From Mucilaginibacter sp. (GTDB lineage Bacteria > Bacteroidota > Bacteroidia > Sphingobacteriales > Sphingobacteriaceae), in contig JAQBOY010000005.1 in NCBI GenBank assembly GCA_028287805.1, forward strand, positions 1-63,046: a DNA stretch of 63,046 nt. The letters run 5' to 3'. This document shows, piece by piece, positions 1 through 10,063 of the stretch. A program made the position numbers and the translations under genes. The notes beneath the pieces were generated by a model. That model saw nothing but the letters and a program-made list of their open reading frames with translations. It had not been told where the DNA came from and did no database searches. Every line of letters begins with the position of its first letter. Position 1 is the first letter of the stretch.

Positions 1-215
1 AACCGGATGTTTATGTTAAACATGAAAAGAGTGAGCATTATTATAATGACCGCACGGCACCATATTACGATAATAACAAAGAAACGTTTGATCGTTGTTT
101 AGCGGTTCTAAACGATTGGGGAGTTGAAGATAGGCCTAATATTTTGCTTGAGATGCTGCCGGCTGCATTAGCAGAAGGCAATGTTGGGATGCTGAGTCCG
201 AAAGGTATATCATGA
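1..215 (+). CDS. 3' end of hypothetical protein (partial, runs off window start)
   Basis: Frame 3 is open from base 3 (PDVYVKHEKSEHYY...LSPKGIS) to TGA at 213-215; family not recognised. Confidence 0.55.
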   Translation, partial: PDVYVKHEKSEHYYNDRTAPYYDNNKETFDRCLAVLNDWGVEDRPNILLEMLPAALAEGNVGMLSPKGIS

Positions 216-410
216 GTTTTTAAATGTAGGCAATTGCATAAGCAATTTGTAGGTTAGAAAAAGCTGACTCGAAACAGTTTTGATGAGATTATCATTCTGT
301 TAATCGATGGTCTTAAGTTCAATAAACCTTAATTTATTTAAGGAAGTTACTGGCCTTTGAAAATGTAAACCTCAAACTACTCCTATTACATCATTTAAAT
401 GATTAATTTG

Positions 411-418
411 TATATTTG
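411..418 (+). promoter_or_regulatory. Bacteroidota sigma-A -7 element (TATATTTG)
   Basis: Matches TAnnTTTG consensus; no credible CDS before the terminator at 562-600. Confidence 0.4.
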
Positions 419-516
419 CAATGCAGGTTTCCAGTATCTTGTAATCACGTATAATATACGTCGTTAGTGTGATACCAAAAAGGATACCTTTTAGATTTCA
501 TTTAATTAAAATACAG

Positions 517-606
517 TAAATCAAACTGTTATAAATAGGGTTCTGGTACAGCTGATACCACAAACGTTCGCAAGTTGCTAAACACTTGCGAACGTTTTTC
601 ATTTAT
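517..606 (+). repeat. att-like junction J1 (core ACCACAA 557-563); 557-606 identical to 27991-28040
   Basis: 50-bp perfect direct repeat read from sequence; TAAATC box 40 nt and TACAG 10 nt upstream of the core, as in the other junctions. Confidence 0.9.
562..600 (+). terminator. Intrinsic terminator-like hairpin
   Basis: 14-bp perfect stem AAACGTTCGCAAGT/ACTTGCGAACGTTT, 8-nt loop, T-rich tail. Confidence 0.8.
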
Positions 607-652
607 TTTTATACCGCCCTTAAAAAAGCAAAGACACTCTGTGTGGATAAAT

Positions 653-706
653 ACCCTTTCGGGCTGGGCTATCCTCTGCGAAGGATGCCGCTTTTATCCC
701 TAATGC
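653..706. repeat. Degenerate REP-like intergenic repeat of a type recalled from Flavobacteriia/Sphingobacteriia
   Basis: GC-rich CCCTTTCGGGCTGGGCTATCC...GGATGCCGCTTTTATCCCTAATGC in AT-rich context; family recognition from memory only. Confidence 0.35.
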
Positions 707-749
707 AATATTGGGTATGCTTAAAATTTGATGATGTCAAGCGCGACTA

Positions 750-1512
750 TTATACCCTGCCATGTCTTATTTTGGTAAACCCTGGGTTGCCCTGAAGCGC
801 AAATACATGATCTCTGCCAATGGCGTAACCGAAATTAATGTTATTAAAACCGAGCATAAAGACGGCACCATAACTATATGAAGCAGATTGCCTGTCCGGT
901 TTTAAGCCGGGTGCATTTGTCGCCTCTTTTAAGGACACAGCGCCAAGACCGCCAAGTAGCCCGGTACTAAAGGAAAACTATTTGAGATTTTTACCTAAAA
1001 ACTTCTTTTTAGGATCGAAAATATTATAATTGAATTTGTAAAGTGCTGAAAATCCAACATTGTACCAGTCTCCACGTTTGCCGGATTTACACTCCCATCA
1101 CCAATTTGTTGCCTGAACTTTAACGGTATGGATAAGGCTTGTATACCAAAATTTCCGTCTCCGTATTTAATGGGGTGGTTTTCAACGGAATCATCAGGAA
1201 AATAATAGTTGCCGCCAAAAGCCAGTCTGTGTTGGTCTGGCCCACCTTCAAGTGGTTTGGCTTTCCCTTTATTTAACTTGTTGGTATCTGCTATTTTGAG
1301 CGTATAATAGTCTGTTTTATCAGTTATCGTTGCCAAAAAGGGAGCATTGACAGTATCAAGCTCAATAGAATAATTTTTCGTGGTGTTGTCGTTCGGGCTT
1401 CTTGGTATTTTTTTATAAATCGCAAGTATATTGTTTTTAAAGATTGTTTTTTGCTGGCCGCAACCGAATAAAAACAGCGCAAAAATAGTGCGTATAATGG
1501 GATGAATTTCAT
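750..1512 (-). pseudogene. Frameshifted hypothetical (outer-membrane-like) protein
   Basis: Three consecutive short minus-strand ORFs (1324-1512, 995-1336, 750-938) that read as one protein (signal-like N-terminus, ALSIPLKFRQ, amphipathic INFGYAIGRD). Confidence 0.5.
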
Positions 1513-1515
1513 AAT

Positions 1516-1983
1516 CTATTTGGTTGGCATATCTAAAATTAATTCTCCGTTACCTGTATTAAACTGTGCCTTTCCGGTATTTATAATGGCAAGGATTCCT
1601 GCGAGCTCGTCGGCAGAAACTTCATCAGCATGAAATTCTTTTCCATTGGAAAGTTCAAGCCATAGTTCTGCAGTATTTTTATAATTGAATTTGACGTAAA
1701 GGGTATCAATCTTAAAAACTGTAGTTGTGCTTTTTATGGCGTGGCTAGCTTTAGGCACATATTCAAATGCTGACATCGCAGACGTATCAACAAACTTGAC
1801 TTTCTTTTTAAAAAGGAATAAAAAAATGATAATTACTATTGCTAAACAGAATAGTACGATTAATGTATCTTTAATGCGTTTAATGAAATAAGGTGTACCT
1901 CCGCTGGCACAAATTGAAAAATTGGAGAATATATTAATAGGTGTGGAAACTGTAGCCTGAACCATCATATGAATAACATCCAA
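1516..1983 (-). CDS. Hypothetical membrane-anchored protein (start uncertain)
   Basis: ORF with one hydrophobic segment followed by KKK; TTG start doubtful. Confidence 0.45.
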   Translation of the reverse strand: MDVIHMMVQATVSTPINIFSNFSICASGGTPYFIKRIKDTLIVLFCLAIVIIIFLFLFKKKVKFVDTSAMSAFEYVPKASHAIKSTTTVFKIDTLYVKFNYKNTAELWLELSNGKEFHADEVSADELAGILAIINTGKAQFNTGNGELILDMPTK

Positions 1984-2225
1984 AGCCGTTTCCGATTTAT
2001 AAAATTATAACCAGCCCTAGGAAGCGAGAGGCATCCACCTGTTTCAAGCTTTCTTTACACGCCCGCGAGATACCGCATCGTATAATTGACTTAATTCGCA
2101 AAAAACCTCACTCGCACGCGTGCGCTGGCTTCACTTAGAGCACTTTTTGCCGCGCCTGTTAAAGCTCCTGATGTATTTGGCGGAATGGACGGATTAACAT
2201 ATCCGGCTACAATTTGATTATAGTT

Positions 2226-3152
2226 TTACCCTTCCCCAAGATTTCTTCTGGATTCCGGCATAATTGATTTTATTGCCTCTGCTACTTCTATTGGCAGGTC
2301 AGACTCCAGAATATCAGCGCCCACTATAAACGTTTCACGGTAGTGAGCAGCCCGTTCAGCCGGGTCCTTTAATTTATCATATGATGGTGCTGCCGAAATC
2401 ATACACATAACGCCTTTAGCATGAAGCATATCTAACAGTTCTTTATTCTTCGGTTTATTTGTAGGGCCTATATAGGCTATCATATTCTTCCATGGCACTC
2501 CTACTTTTTCATACGTATAAAAAGCCTCTTTTGTTAGTACAAAGGCCGACATCATATTGTCAGGATTGTTGTCGTAATAAAATCGGGCTTGTTGGGCATT
2601 GTGCACCGTTAACATTACCATATCATTTTTGCACTCTTTTAATATTTGGGCGGTCATTTCAAGCGGGACATCCTTATGGTCAAGGTTTAATACCGTTTTA
2701 CCTTTGCTCCATAAAATAACTTCTTTAAGCGTTGGTATCTTATAATCGGTAACATTTCCCTGCGGATCTTTTAACCTGAATTTTTGCAGTTCGGCAAAAG
2801 TATAATCCGATACCTTACCCTTACCAGTTGTTGTCCGGTCAAGTGTTTCATCATGCATTAAAACAACTACGCTATCCCTGGTTAACCTGGGATCGATCTC
2901 AAAAAAAGCGGGGGTATGTTTAAGGGTGTTTTCAAACGTGGCTACGCAATTTTCCGGGTAACCGTTAGTTGTACCGCCACGATGACCACTGATCACGGGC
3001 ATATTTTTTCCGGTATGTTTAAAATATCCCTGAAACTCCTTTATGTTTTTAAATTTAAGAGCATTTATTTCTGTCTGCGCTTTTGAAATTTTTGCGGTTA
3101 TGACTAATAGTAAGCACAATAAAAATATGGGATTAGACGATGGCCTCTTCAT
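2226..3152 (-). CDS. Glycerophosphodiester phosphodiesterase (GDPD) family protein, secreted
   Basis: GHRG...PEN, EID...HD..LDRTT motifs; signal peptide. Confidence 0.9.
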   Translation of the reverse strand: MKRPSSNPIFLLCLLLVITAKISKAQTEINALKFKNIKEFQGYFKHTGKNMPVISGHRGGTTNGYPENCVATFENTLKHTPAFFEIDPRLTRDSVVVLMHDETLDRTTTGKGKVSDYTFAELQKFRLKDPQGNVTDYKIPTLKEVILWSKGKTVLNLDHKDVPLEMTAQILKECKNDMVMLTVHNAQQARFYYDNNPDNMMSAFVLTKEAFYTYEKVGVPWKNMIAYIGPTNKPKNKELLDMLHAKGVMCMISAAPSYDKLKDPAERAAHYRETFIVGADILESDLPIEVAEAIKSIMPESRRNLGEG

Positions 3153-3167
3153 TTTTTTGATATTAAT

Positions 3168-3764
3168 TTATGCGTTTAGTTTTTTTAAGGTGATTTCGCC
3201 AGTGTCATCCAGCTCAAAAAAAGTAATAGCGGCGTTTTCCTGGAATATTCTCCGGTAGTTTTTTAATTCCATACCCAATTTATACGCCATATACAGGCGG
3301 TTTATACCATTGTGCCCCACCACTACTATGGTTTCGTTTGCATGCTTTTGCAGCATTTCATTAAAAAAAGCATTTACCCTTTCAATAATTTCCATCCCTG
3401 TTTCACCAGTACCCCCGGCCTTTGTATTTCCAGGGTCGTGTATCCATGCGTCCCACAAAGATTTATCTTCGTCAATAAACTCTTCTTTTGTTTTACCCTC
3501 CCAATTACCAAAATACACTTCGGTGATGCGTTCGTCTGTTTGTACCTGCTGGCTCCCGGTCGCTATTTGGGCTGTGAAACATGCCCTGCGTAACGGAGAG
3601 GAATAAACCGCGTCAAATTTTTCGTCCTTTAACTGATGATACACTTTTACAGCTTGTTTCACGCCTTTACTGGTCAGGCTGGCATCGGTTCTGCCACAAT
3701 AGCGGTTACCATCGGCATTATATGGGGTTTCCCCATGCCTTAACAAAAAAACACTAAGCATCAA
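3168..3764 (-). CDS. Histidine phosphatase (phosphoglycerate mutase-like) family protein
   Basis: LRHGET, SSPL.RA, VVGH motifs. Confidence 0.9.
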   Translation of the reverse strand: MMLSVFLLRHGETPYNADGNRYCGRTDASLTSKGVKQAVKVYHQLKDEKFDAVYSSPLRRACFTAQIATGSQQVQTDERITEVYFGNWEGKTKEEFIDEDKSLWDAWIHDPGNTKAGGTGETGMEIIERVNAFFNEMLQKHANETIVVVGHNGINRLYMAYKLGMELKNYRRIFQENAAITFFELDDTGEITLKKLNA

Positions 3765-5208
3765 AACCTCCTTTCATATAGCCTTTGCGCTGCATAACAG
3801 ATAAAAATTTTTGATAATTGACTTCATATTTTTCGGTCAACTCCTTTCCAGGATTGAACTCTTTTTCAATTACAACCAATTGTTTTACGGCTTCAATTAC
3901 AGAATTAAAATGCGTTTTGGACGCAGCCAAAACAGCCGCACCTACAGCACCTGATACGTGTTTCATTTTATAGATAGGTTTGTTCAGCACATGACTTCTA
4001 ATAGTGAGCCAGGCATCACTATTGCTGGCTCCTCCTGCGGTGTAAACTGCATTCACTTTTTCGCCTGACAGATGTTCTATCATTTCATAAGCATACCGTT
4101 CAAGATAAGCCACGCTTTCCATATTTGCCGTGAACCGCTCCTCCCTGGTTAACCCTTCGGGCTCAAAGCCCCTGGCCTGTGGCGCAATAAAAGGGAAGCG
4201 TTCTCCTTCCTGCTGTAGCGGATAAGTTATGTGGGGAGTAGGAATAAGCTGACAAGCCAGTTCATTTAAATTAACCAGATCGTCACCAAATTCATTGGTC
4301 ACCCAATCTGCCCCGGTATTACTGGCACCACCCGGCATCCAGTAACCAACCGGGTGCCTGTGGCTGTACAAACGACCCAAGGGATCAAGCACTTCATTTT
4401 TAGTCACCCCTTTTATCACCATAGTTGTGCCGATGGTGGTATTCCACTCGCCAGGATTTATGGCCCCAGATGCTATCTGCGACGCACATCCATCTGTTAT
4501 GCCTGCTGTAATTTTAACACCCTCAGGCAAGCCAAGATTTCGGGCTATATTATTTGAGATAGTACCAATCACTGTTCCGGACGGAACAACTTTGGGCAGC
4601 CATTCTTTTTTTAGCGGAAGTTGGGTATACAGATATTCGGGCCATTCGTATTTACTAACATCATAGCCTGATTTAAACGCGTTGGTATAATCGGTTATGC
4701 CCCATATATTGCTTAGCATACCAGTTACAAAATCTGCCGCATGTATCCATCTGACAATTTTATCGGCTTTAGCAGGATAAGTTTCCTGGAACCAAACCAT
4801 TTTTGCAAGACCGCTCGAAAAATTAAAGGCCGTGTAACCGCTGTTATGATATTTCAGCGCAGCGCCGGTACATTTTTCAGCCTGTTTAACAGACCGTTTA
4901 TCACTGTACATAATAGCAGGATGTAATGGCACATTATTTTGATCCAAAGGAATAACGGTGCCTGACGTGGAAGTCACCGCAATAGCTTTTATATCACCAA
5001 TAACACCCTTTGTTTCCTCCTTTTGTAATAAGCTGGCTAACGACCGGTAACAAGCCTCCCACCATGCTGCGGGAGATTGCTCTTCGCGTGATTGATCGTT
5101 TAGCGAAAAAACCTGTTCTGACAACGAAATGACGGATCCTTTTGCATCGATCAAAACAACCCTTGCCCCCTGTGTGCCAATATCAATCCCTATAAAATAT
5201 GGTGCCAT
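3754..5208 (-). CDS. FGGY-family carbohydrate kinase
   Basis: IGIDIGTQG, TDG, GTT, AGGAS motifs. Confidence 0.9.
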   Translation of the reverse strand: MAPYFIGIDIGTQGARVVLIDAKGSVISLSEQVFSLNDQSREEQSPAAWWEACYRSLASLLQKEETKGVIGDIKAIAVTSTSGTVIPLDQNNVPLHPAIMYSDKRSVKQAEKCTGAALKYHNSGYTAFNFSSGLAKMVWFQETYPAKADKIVRWIHAADFVTGMLSNIWGITDYTNAFKSGYDVSKYEWPEYLYTQLPLKKEWLPKVVPSGTVIGTISNNIARNLGLPEGVKITAGITDGCASQIASGAINPGEWNTTIGTTMVIKGVTKNEVLDPLGRLYSHRHPVGYWMPGGASNTGADWVTNEFGDDLVNLNELACQLIPTPHITYPLQQEGERFPFIAPQARGFEPEGLTREERFTANMESVAYLERYAYEMIEHLSGEKVNAVYTAGGASNSDAWLTIRSHVLNKPIYKMKHVSGAVGAAVLAASKTHFNSVIEAVKQLVVIEKEFNPGKELTEKYEVNYQKFLSVMQRKGYMKGGFDA

Positions 5209-6656
5209 TAACTGAATAACTGTTTAAAGGATGAACGGGTCTTTTTCCACTCATTATACAATGATGCGTAATGCGCCCTTGCTGTGGGTTCCACAACCTC
5301 CAGGGTTATGGCAGGCGGTTGGTCCTTTCCAAGTGCCATATTACATATTAAAACACCCCCAACTACCGATGACTGACGATAACTGTTACGGATCATTACT
5401 TTTTTGTTTAGCAAGGCAGCTATAAACTGCCTTAGAGTATGGCTCTGAACACCTCCCCCGCAGGCCCATATATAATCCTGTTCATGTGGACTAACCTCAT
5501 TTAAGGTTTTATAATTCTCGCATATACTACAGGCAATATCCCAAAGGGTTGCCCAAACAAAGCTTGCACGGGTTAACTGGTGCGAAACCGGTGCGTCAAA
5601 AATAAACCCACCTTTGGTAAGCGGCGTTATTTCATCGGCCAATAACGATCCTAATGATGCAACACATTGAAAACTGTTTATCTCTGATAACTCCCGCTCG
5701 ATTACTTCATAATCTTCATTGGGATAAAAAATTTCCTTTAGTCGTTGATAATTAAGTCCGGTGACACCGGCATTAGCTTCAAACATAAAATCACTTTCAT
5801 TAGCATGTCTTCCTGTCCAAGTCCGCTCCTTTTCGTCGGTCAAATATCTATCGGTCAATTTAATAATCGGGGTAGTTGTACCCGATACAATAACCACATC
5901 GTTGGTTTCAGGCTGTGTGCTGATTATGGCTAATTGTGTGTCAGCACCACCTACTATAACCTGTGCATCATCAGCAATGTTAAGGTTAGCTGCCTGCTCT
6001 TTGGTAATAGTACCTAAATTTGTTCCGGAATCTGTTAATTGTGGTAATACCGACAGATCTATATTAAAAACAGCGCACAGCTCTGCCGACCAATCTTTTT
6101 TCGCCACATCATACAACAAAGTTTCTGATGCCTGCGAATGCTCATAGTGAGCAATTCCGCTTAGCATATATTCTATCCAGTCACTGATACTCAAAAAGGT
6201 AGAAAAATCATTCCAGATCTCTTTTCGCTTTTCGCGGATGCCTACAACTTTCATAGCAGAAAAGAGTGAAGTAGGGTAACGCCCGGTTAGCCGGTACACA
6301 TAGCTTTTATCCTTGATCAGGCTTTCCCACTCCCTGCCTCTGTGATCAATATTGGGCAATCCAATCTGCGATTTTCCATCTTTATCCAGCAGTACAATCC
6401 CTTCACGCTGACTGGTAGCTGTTAAAGCAAGAATATGCACCTCACCTGCCTGTACCAAGGCACTTTTTGTTAATGCAGTAACCTGCTCCCAAAGCTGTTC
6501 TGGATCAAAATACAGGGCCTCGGGATAGTTTGTGTCTTTATGGTATATAATATTTTCACGATCAATCCCCAATATTTCTCCGGTAACGGCTGCCACGGCA
6601 ACACGTACATTACCGGTACCAATGTCAATTATAATATATGCTTCTTTAGATGCCAT
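5208..6656 (-). CDS. FGGY-family sugar kinase (LsrK-like subgroup)
   Basis: IDIGTG, TSQREG, GGADTQ, SGTT, CGGG motifs. Confidence 0.9.
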   Translation of the reverse strand: MASKEAYIIIDIGTGNVRVAVAAVTGEILGIDRENIIYHKDTNYPEALYFDPEQLWEQVTALTKSALVQAGEVHILALTATSQREGIVLLDKDGKSQIGLPNIDHRGREWESLIKDKSYVYRLTGRYPTSLFSAMKVVGIREKRKEIWNDFSTFLSISDWIEYMLSGIAHYEHSQASETLLYDVAKKDWSAELCAVFNIDLSVLPQLTDSGTNLGTITKEQAANLNIADDAQVIVGGADTQLAIISTQPETNDVVIVSGTTTPIIKLTDRYLTDEKERTWTGRHANESDFMFEANAGVTGLNYQRLKEIFYPNEDYEVIERELSEINSFQCVASLGSLLADEITPLTKGGFIFDAPVSHQLTRASFVWATLWDIACSICENYKTLNEVSPHEQDYIWACGGGVQSHTLRQFIAALLNKKVMIRNSYRQSSVVGGVLICNMALGKDQPPAITLEVVEPTARAHYASLYNEWKKTRSSFKQLFS

Positions 6657-6662
6657 CTCAGA

Positions 6663-7643
6663 TCAAGCTGTTTTTTTTTCGGCATTGTTGATCTCATTTG
6701 ATAAGGCCCATCCTAAGATCTTTTCATTTAAAATTTCAACATGATGGTCTTCAACTTCATGAGTAGCGCCTGCCGTATGCGGTGTAGCTAATACATGGGG
6801 ATGGTTAATTAGGCGGTAATCCTGTTGATCAGGTGGTTCAAAATCAAACACGTCCAATACAGCCCCCCTGATCCTGTTATTTTCAATCGCGTTAAGCAGA
6901 TCATCGCGCTTTACCACACTGGCCCTGGCTGTGTTTACAAATATGGCTTCTGGTTTCATTCTGGAGATCAATTTTTCATCAATCATACCAATTGTTTGAT
7001 CATTAACCGGTAAATGAATTGAAACAATATCGCTACTTTCAAAAACATCTTCCAGAGATGTTTTGTGATAATCAGGGTTGGCGGTTTCTATGTAAGGATC
7101 ATAAAATTTTATATGACAGGGAAAGTTTTTAACCATTTCTGCAATCCTCTGACCTACCGCACCAAAACCCACCATACCAATGGTTTTTCCGGCCAGTTCA
7201 TTGCCCTTAAATTGCAGGTATGAGGTATGGGCGCCTTCGCCCCAGTTTTTCCCGGTTAGCCATTGCCAGCCCGGAATCGTATTACGCATCAGGCTTATCA
7301 CATTTGATATAAACAGTTCGGCAACAGCCTGGGCATTTCGTGCGGGTGTATAAAACACCTGTATGCCTTTCTTTTTGGCCGCCTCAAGGTCAACATTTGA
7401 CGGCGTACCCCTGCAAACGCCAATAAATTGTAATTCAGGATGAAGATTTATCACATTGGCCGTTACATTATCATGCTCTGTAATTAAAGCATCAGCGTGC
7501 GTTTCATCAATTAGTTTATTTAGTTCACTTTCATTAAATGCCCTGCCGTTATCTTTCCATGGTTTGTAAATAACTTCTCCAAACTTACCGGAGAGTATGT
7601 CCTGACCTTTTTGATTATATGGCGCTGTTATCAATATCCTCAT
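6663..7643 (-). CDS. D-isomer-specific 2-hydroxyacid dehydrogenase
   Basis: GxGxxG (VGFGAVG), VNTARA, LDVF..EP, TPH.AG. Confidence 0.92.
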   Translation of the reverse strand: MRILITAPYNQKGQDILSGKFGEVIYKPWKDNGRAFNESELNKLIDETHADALITEHDNVTANVINLHPELQFIGVCRGTPSNVDLEAAKKKGIQVFYTPARNAQAVAELFISNVISLMRNTIPGWQWLTGKNWGEGAHTSYLQFKGNELAGKTIGMVGFGAVGQRIAEMVKNFPCHIKFYDPYIETANPDYHKTSLEDVFESSDIVSIHLPVNDQTIGMIDEKLISRMKPEAIFVNTARASVVKRDDLLNAIENNRIRGAVLDVFDFEPPDQQDYRLINHPHVLATPHTAGATHEVEDHHVEILNEKILGWALSNEINNAEKKTA

Positions 7644-7684
7644 ATTTGTTATTTGTATTTTAATAGTAAATTTTGCAAGGGGTT

Positions 7685-8968
7685 TTATTCCATTTTAAAT
7701 AGAATTCCAGGCGACTCTTTTGCAGAATGCGCGGTTTTTGCATTATCAGGCAATGAAATAAACCCGGTTAATATAGCGCTGATTAAATACAGGCCAGCTA
7801 ATATCCAAACCACACCCTCATCGCCGACAATTCCGATAAAAATCCCAACTATGGCCGGGCCTACAAATACCGCCAAACCGGCACCTAAGTTTAATACGGC
7901 CATTGCTGCTCCCTTATCTTTTTTAACCAGGGACGGAACAAGCGCCGATAGTGGTACATAACCGGCCAGCAAGGCACCCCATAATACACCGCTAAGCATT
8001 ACCAGCCAAAAACTCCCCCCAAATAAAACGGGGGAATAGTAAAAAAGTAAGGTAGTTACTGCACAACCAACCCCGCCAAACCACATCACTGTATTTTTCC
8101 AGCCGAGGCTATCGCCAACAAACCCGAAAATCAAATTAAATGCAATATTGGCGGTAAAAATTGTACCCCATATTTGCAGCCAGGCAGTAGTTGAAAATCC
8201 GTGGGCCGCCATGTATGTTGGCAGAAATACCGGGAAAGCAAACTGTGCGGTTGTATTGATGATGCGCACAATACCTCCTAACAAAACCTTGGGCTCTTCC
8301 TTCATTATGATCAGGCCTTTCGCCAGTTCCTCCGATTTGCTCACCGCGCCTGAATTTGCATCGGCTTTAAATTTGTCTTTATTCAATACGAGTGCGAAAA
8401 ATGCACCCAGTACAACCCAAAATATAGAACTCCATAATGTATTAAGATATCCAAGGTGCTGAATTGCCCAGCTTGAATAATAAGCGCCAAAAACATTTAA
8501 TCCGCCGGTAAAAACGAACCAAAACCAGCCAACTGCCCTGCCCAATTTCTGCTCGGGGCTCCTATAAGTTATCCAAACTAAAAATGAATAGGCAAAAAGC
8601 GGATATCCAAACCCCCTTATGGCATAGGTAATCAGCATAATCGGAAAATGCAGCTCTGGCATGCCATACCCCACAAAGCCGACCGTACCCAAAATGTACA
8701 AGAGAATTCCCGTCATCATGGTTTTTTTAGGCCCATAACTTTCGGCTAAAACACCCGAAAACCAGGAAGATATGGCAATGGTTACCCCATATATCGTAAA
8801 CAACGAGGCCGATTGCTGTATTGTTAAACCCCTTCCCAGAAGATAAGGACTTAGCCAGCCTTGTTCAACGCCGTCACCCATCATAAAAATCAGGATACCC
8901 AGATAGCCCCAGGCAAGGTGCCTTGGAATACCCGCTTTATCAAGTACTGAATTGCCTGAATTAGTCAT
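7685..8968 (-). CDS. MFS transporter, RbtT/DalT/CsbX (polyol permease) family
   Basis: WGYLGILIFMMGDGVEQGWLSPYL N-terminus typical of this family; ~12 hydrophobic segments. Confidence 0.85.
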   Translation of the reverse strand: MTNSGNSVLDKAGIPRHLAWGYLGILIFMMGDGVEQGWLSPYLLGRGLTIQQSASLFTIYGVTIAISSWFSGVLAESYGPKKTMMTGILLYILGTVGFVGYGMPELHFPIMLITYAIRGFGYPLFAYSFLVWITYRSPEQKLGRAVGWFWFVFTGGLNVFGAYYSSWAIQHLGYLNTLWSSIFWVVLGAFFALVLNKDKFKADANSGAVSKSEELAKGLIIMKEEPKVLLGGIVRIINTTAQFAFPVFLPTYMAAHGFSTTAWLQIWGTIFTANIAFNLIFGFVGDSLGWKNTVMWFGGVGCAVTTLLFYYSPVLFGGSFWLVMLSGVLWGALLAGYVPLSALVPSLVKKDKGAAMAVLNLGAGLAVFVGPAIVGIFIGIVGDEGVVWILAGLYLISAILTGFISLPDNAKTAHSAKESPGILFKME

Positions 8969-9081
8969 TTCTTTTTATTTTAATTGTTAATTGGTTTAAA
9001 GCTTTAAAGAATGGCAATGGGCATTTCCATGCCTGTTAGGTTTATTTTAGTTAAAAAAGCTTAACACTTCAGATTAAGCTT

Positions 9082-9143
9082 AAACAAATAAAGCATTTAA
9101 AACCAAATAAAACAAAATTTAATTAAAAAAAATGTTTTGAAAT
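9082..9143. promoter_or_regulatory. Putative DeoR operator (~10-bp-period AAACAAAATA-like repeats)
   Basis: AAATAAAACAAAAT at 9105-9118 recurs at 24505-24518 and partly at 26295-26304. Confidence 0.45.
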
Positions 9144-9217
9144 ATAAAATAACTACAAATTAAAAGCCATGGTGACAATATTTTTCTCTACTTTTAGCTC
9201 ATATTTCTAAAATAAAA

Positions 9218-9982
9218 ATGAAAAACATAACTGACAGGCACCAGTTTATACTTGAAAAGCTAAAAAAAGAAGGAAAAGTCAATATTGTTGAGCTGGTGGA
9301 AGAAATGGGTGTGACTGGAGTAACCATTAGAAAGGATTTAAAACTATTAGAAGATAAAAACCTCTTATTCAGAACACACGGCGGCGCATCCATAAACAAT
9401 CCGTATGCTGTTGACCGGCCCATTTACGAAAAAGAGTTTATAAACTCTGACGAAAAGAAAAAGATCGCAAAAGCTGCAATTGAGCTCATTGGCCAAACTG
9501 ATTCCATCATGATCGGTTCTGGCACTACTGTTTTTGAACTGGCACGTATGCTTCATCCAACCAAACATCTTACTGTTATTACTCCCGCGTTAAAAGTGGG
9601 GTTGGAGCTAAGCAATCGTCCTAACGTGGAAGTATTACAATTAGGCGGCTTGATCAGGCAAAATTCCTCGTCTGTTGCAGGAGCACATGCTATGAGCGTT
9701 TTAGAGGATATTTCCTGCAGTATACTATTTTTAGGTGTTGATGGCATAGATATAGATTTTGGTATAACCATATCAAATTTATCGGAAGCCACACTTAATC
9801 AAAAAATGATTGAAACCGCGCAAACAGTAGTTATTTTAGCTGACAGCACGAAGTTTGACAGGCGGGGCCTGGGCCGGGTATGCAGCCTGGAGCAAGTTCA
9901 TTATATTATTACTGATAATAAAGTTTCAAAGAACACTGTAAAGGCAATAGAAGAAAAAGATGTTAAGGTTATTATAGTTTAA
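9218..9982 (+). CDS. DeoR/GlpR family transcriptional regulator
   Basis: N-terminal HTH (TIRKDL...RTHGGA), SGTT and LADSTKF in sensor domain. Confidence 0.95.
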   Translation: MKNITDRHQFILEKLKKEGKVNIVELVEEMGVTGVTIRKDLKLLEDKNLLFRTHGGASINNPYAVDRPIYEKEFINSDEKKKIAKAAIELIGQTDSIMIGSGTTVFELARMLHPTKHLTVITPALKVGLELSNRPNVEVLQLGGLIRQNSSSVAGAHAMSVLEDISCSILFLGVDGIDIDFGITISNLSEATLNQKMIETAQTVVILADSTKFDRRGLGRVCSLEQVHYIITDNKVSKNTVKAIEEKDVKVIIV

Positions 9983-9992
9983 TTACCTTTAG

Positions 9993-10025
9993 AGAAAAAG
10001 ATGGGCTTTACAACCGTCTTTTTCT
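9993..10025. terminator. Bidirectional terminator between convergent genes
   Basis: AGAAAAAGATGG/CCGTCTTTTTCT stem. Confidence 0.65.
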
Positions 10026-10063
10026 TCATTCTTTTTTCTGAGTTTGTTTGTTAATTGCGGATG

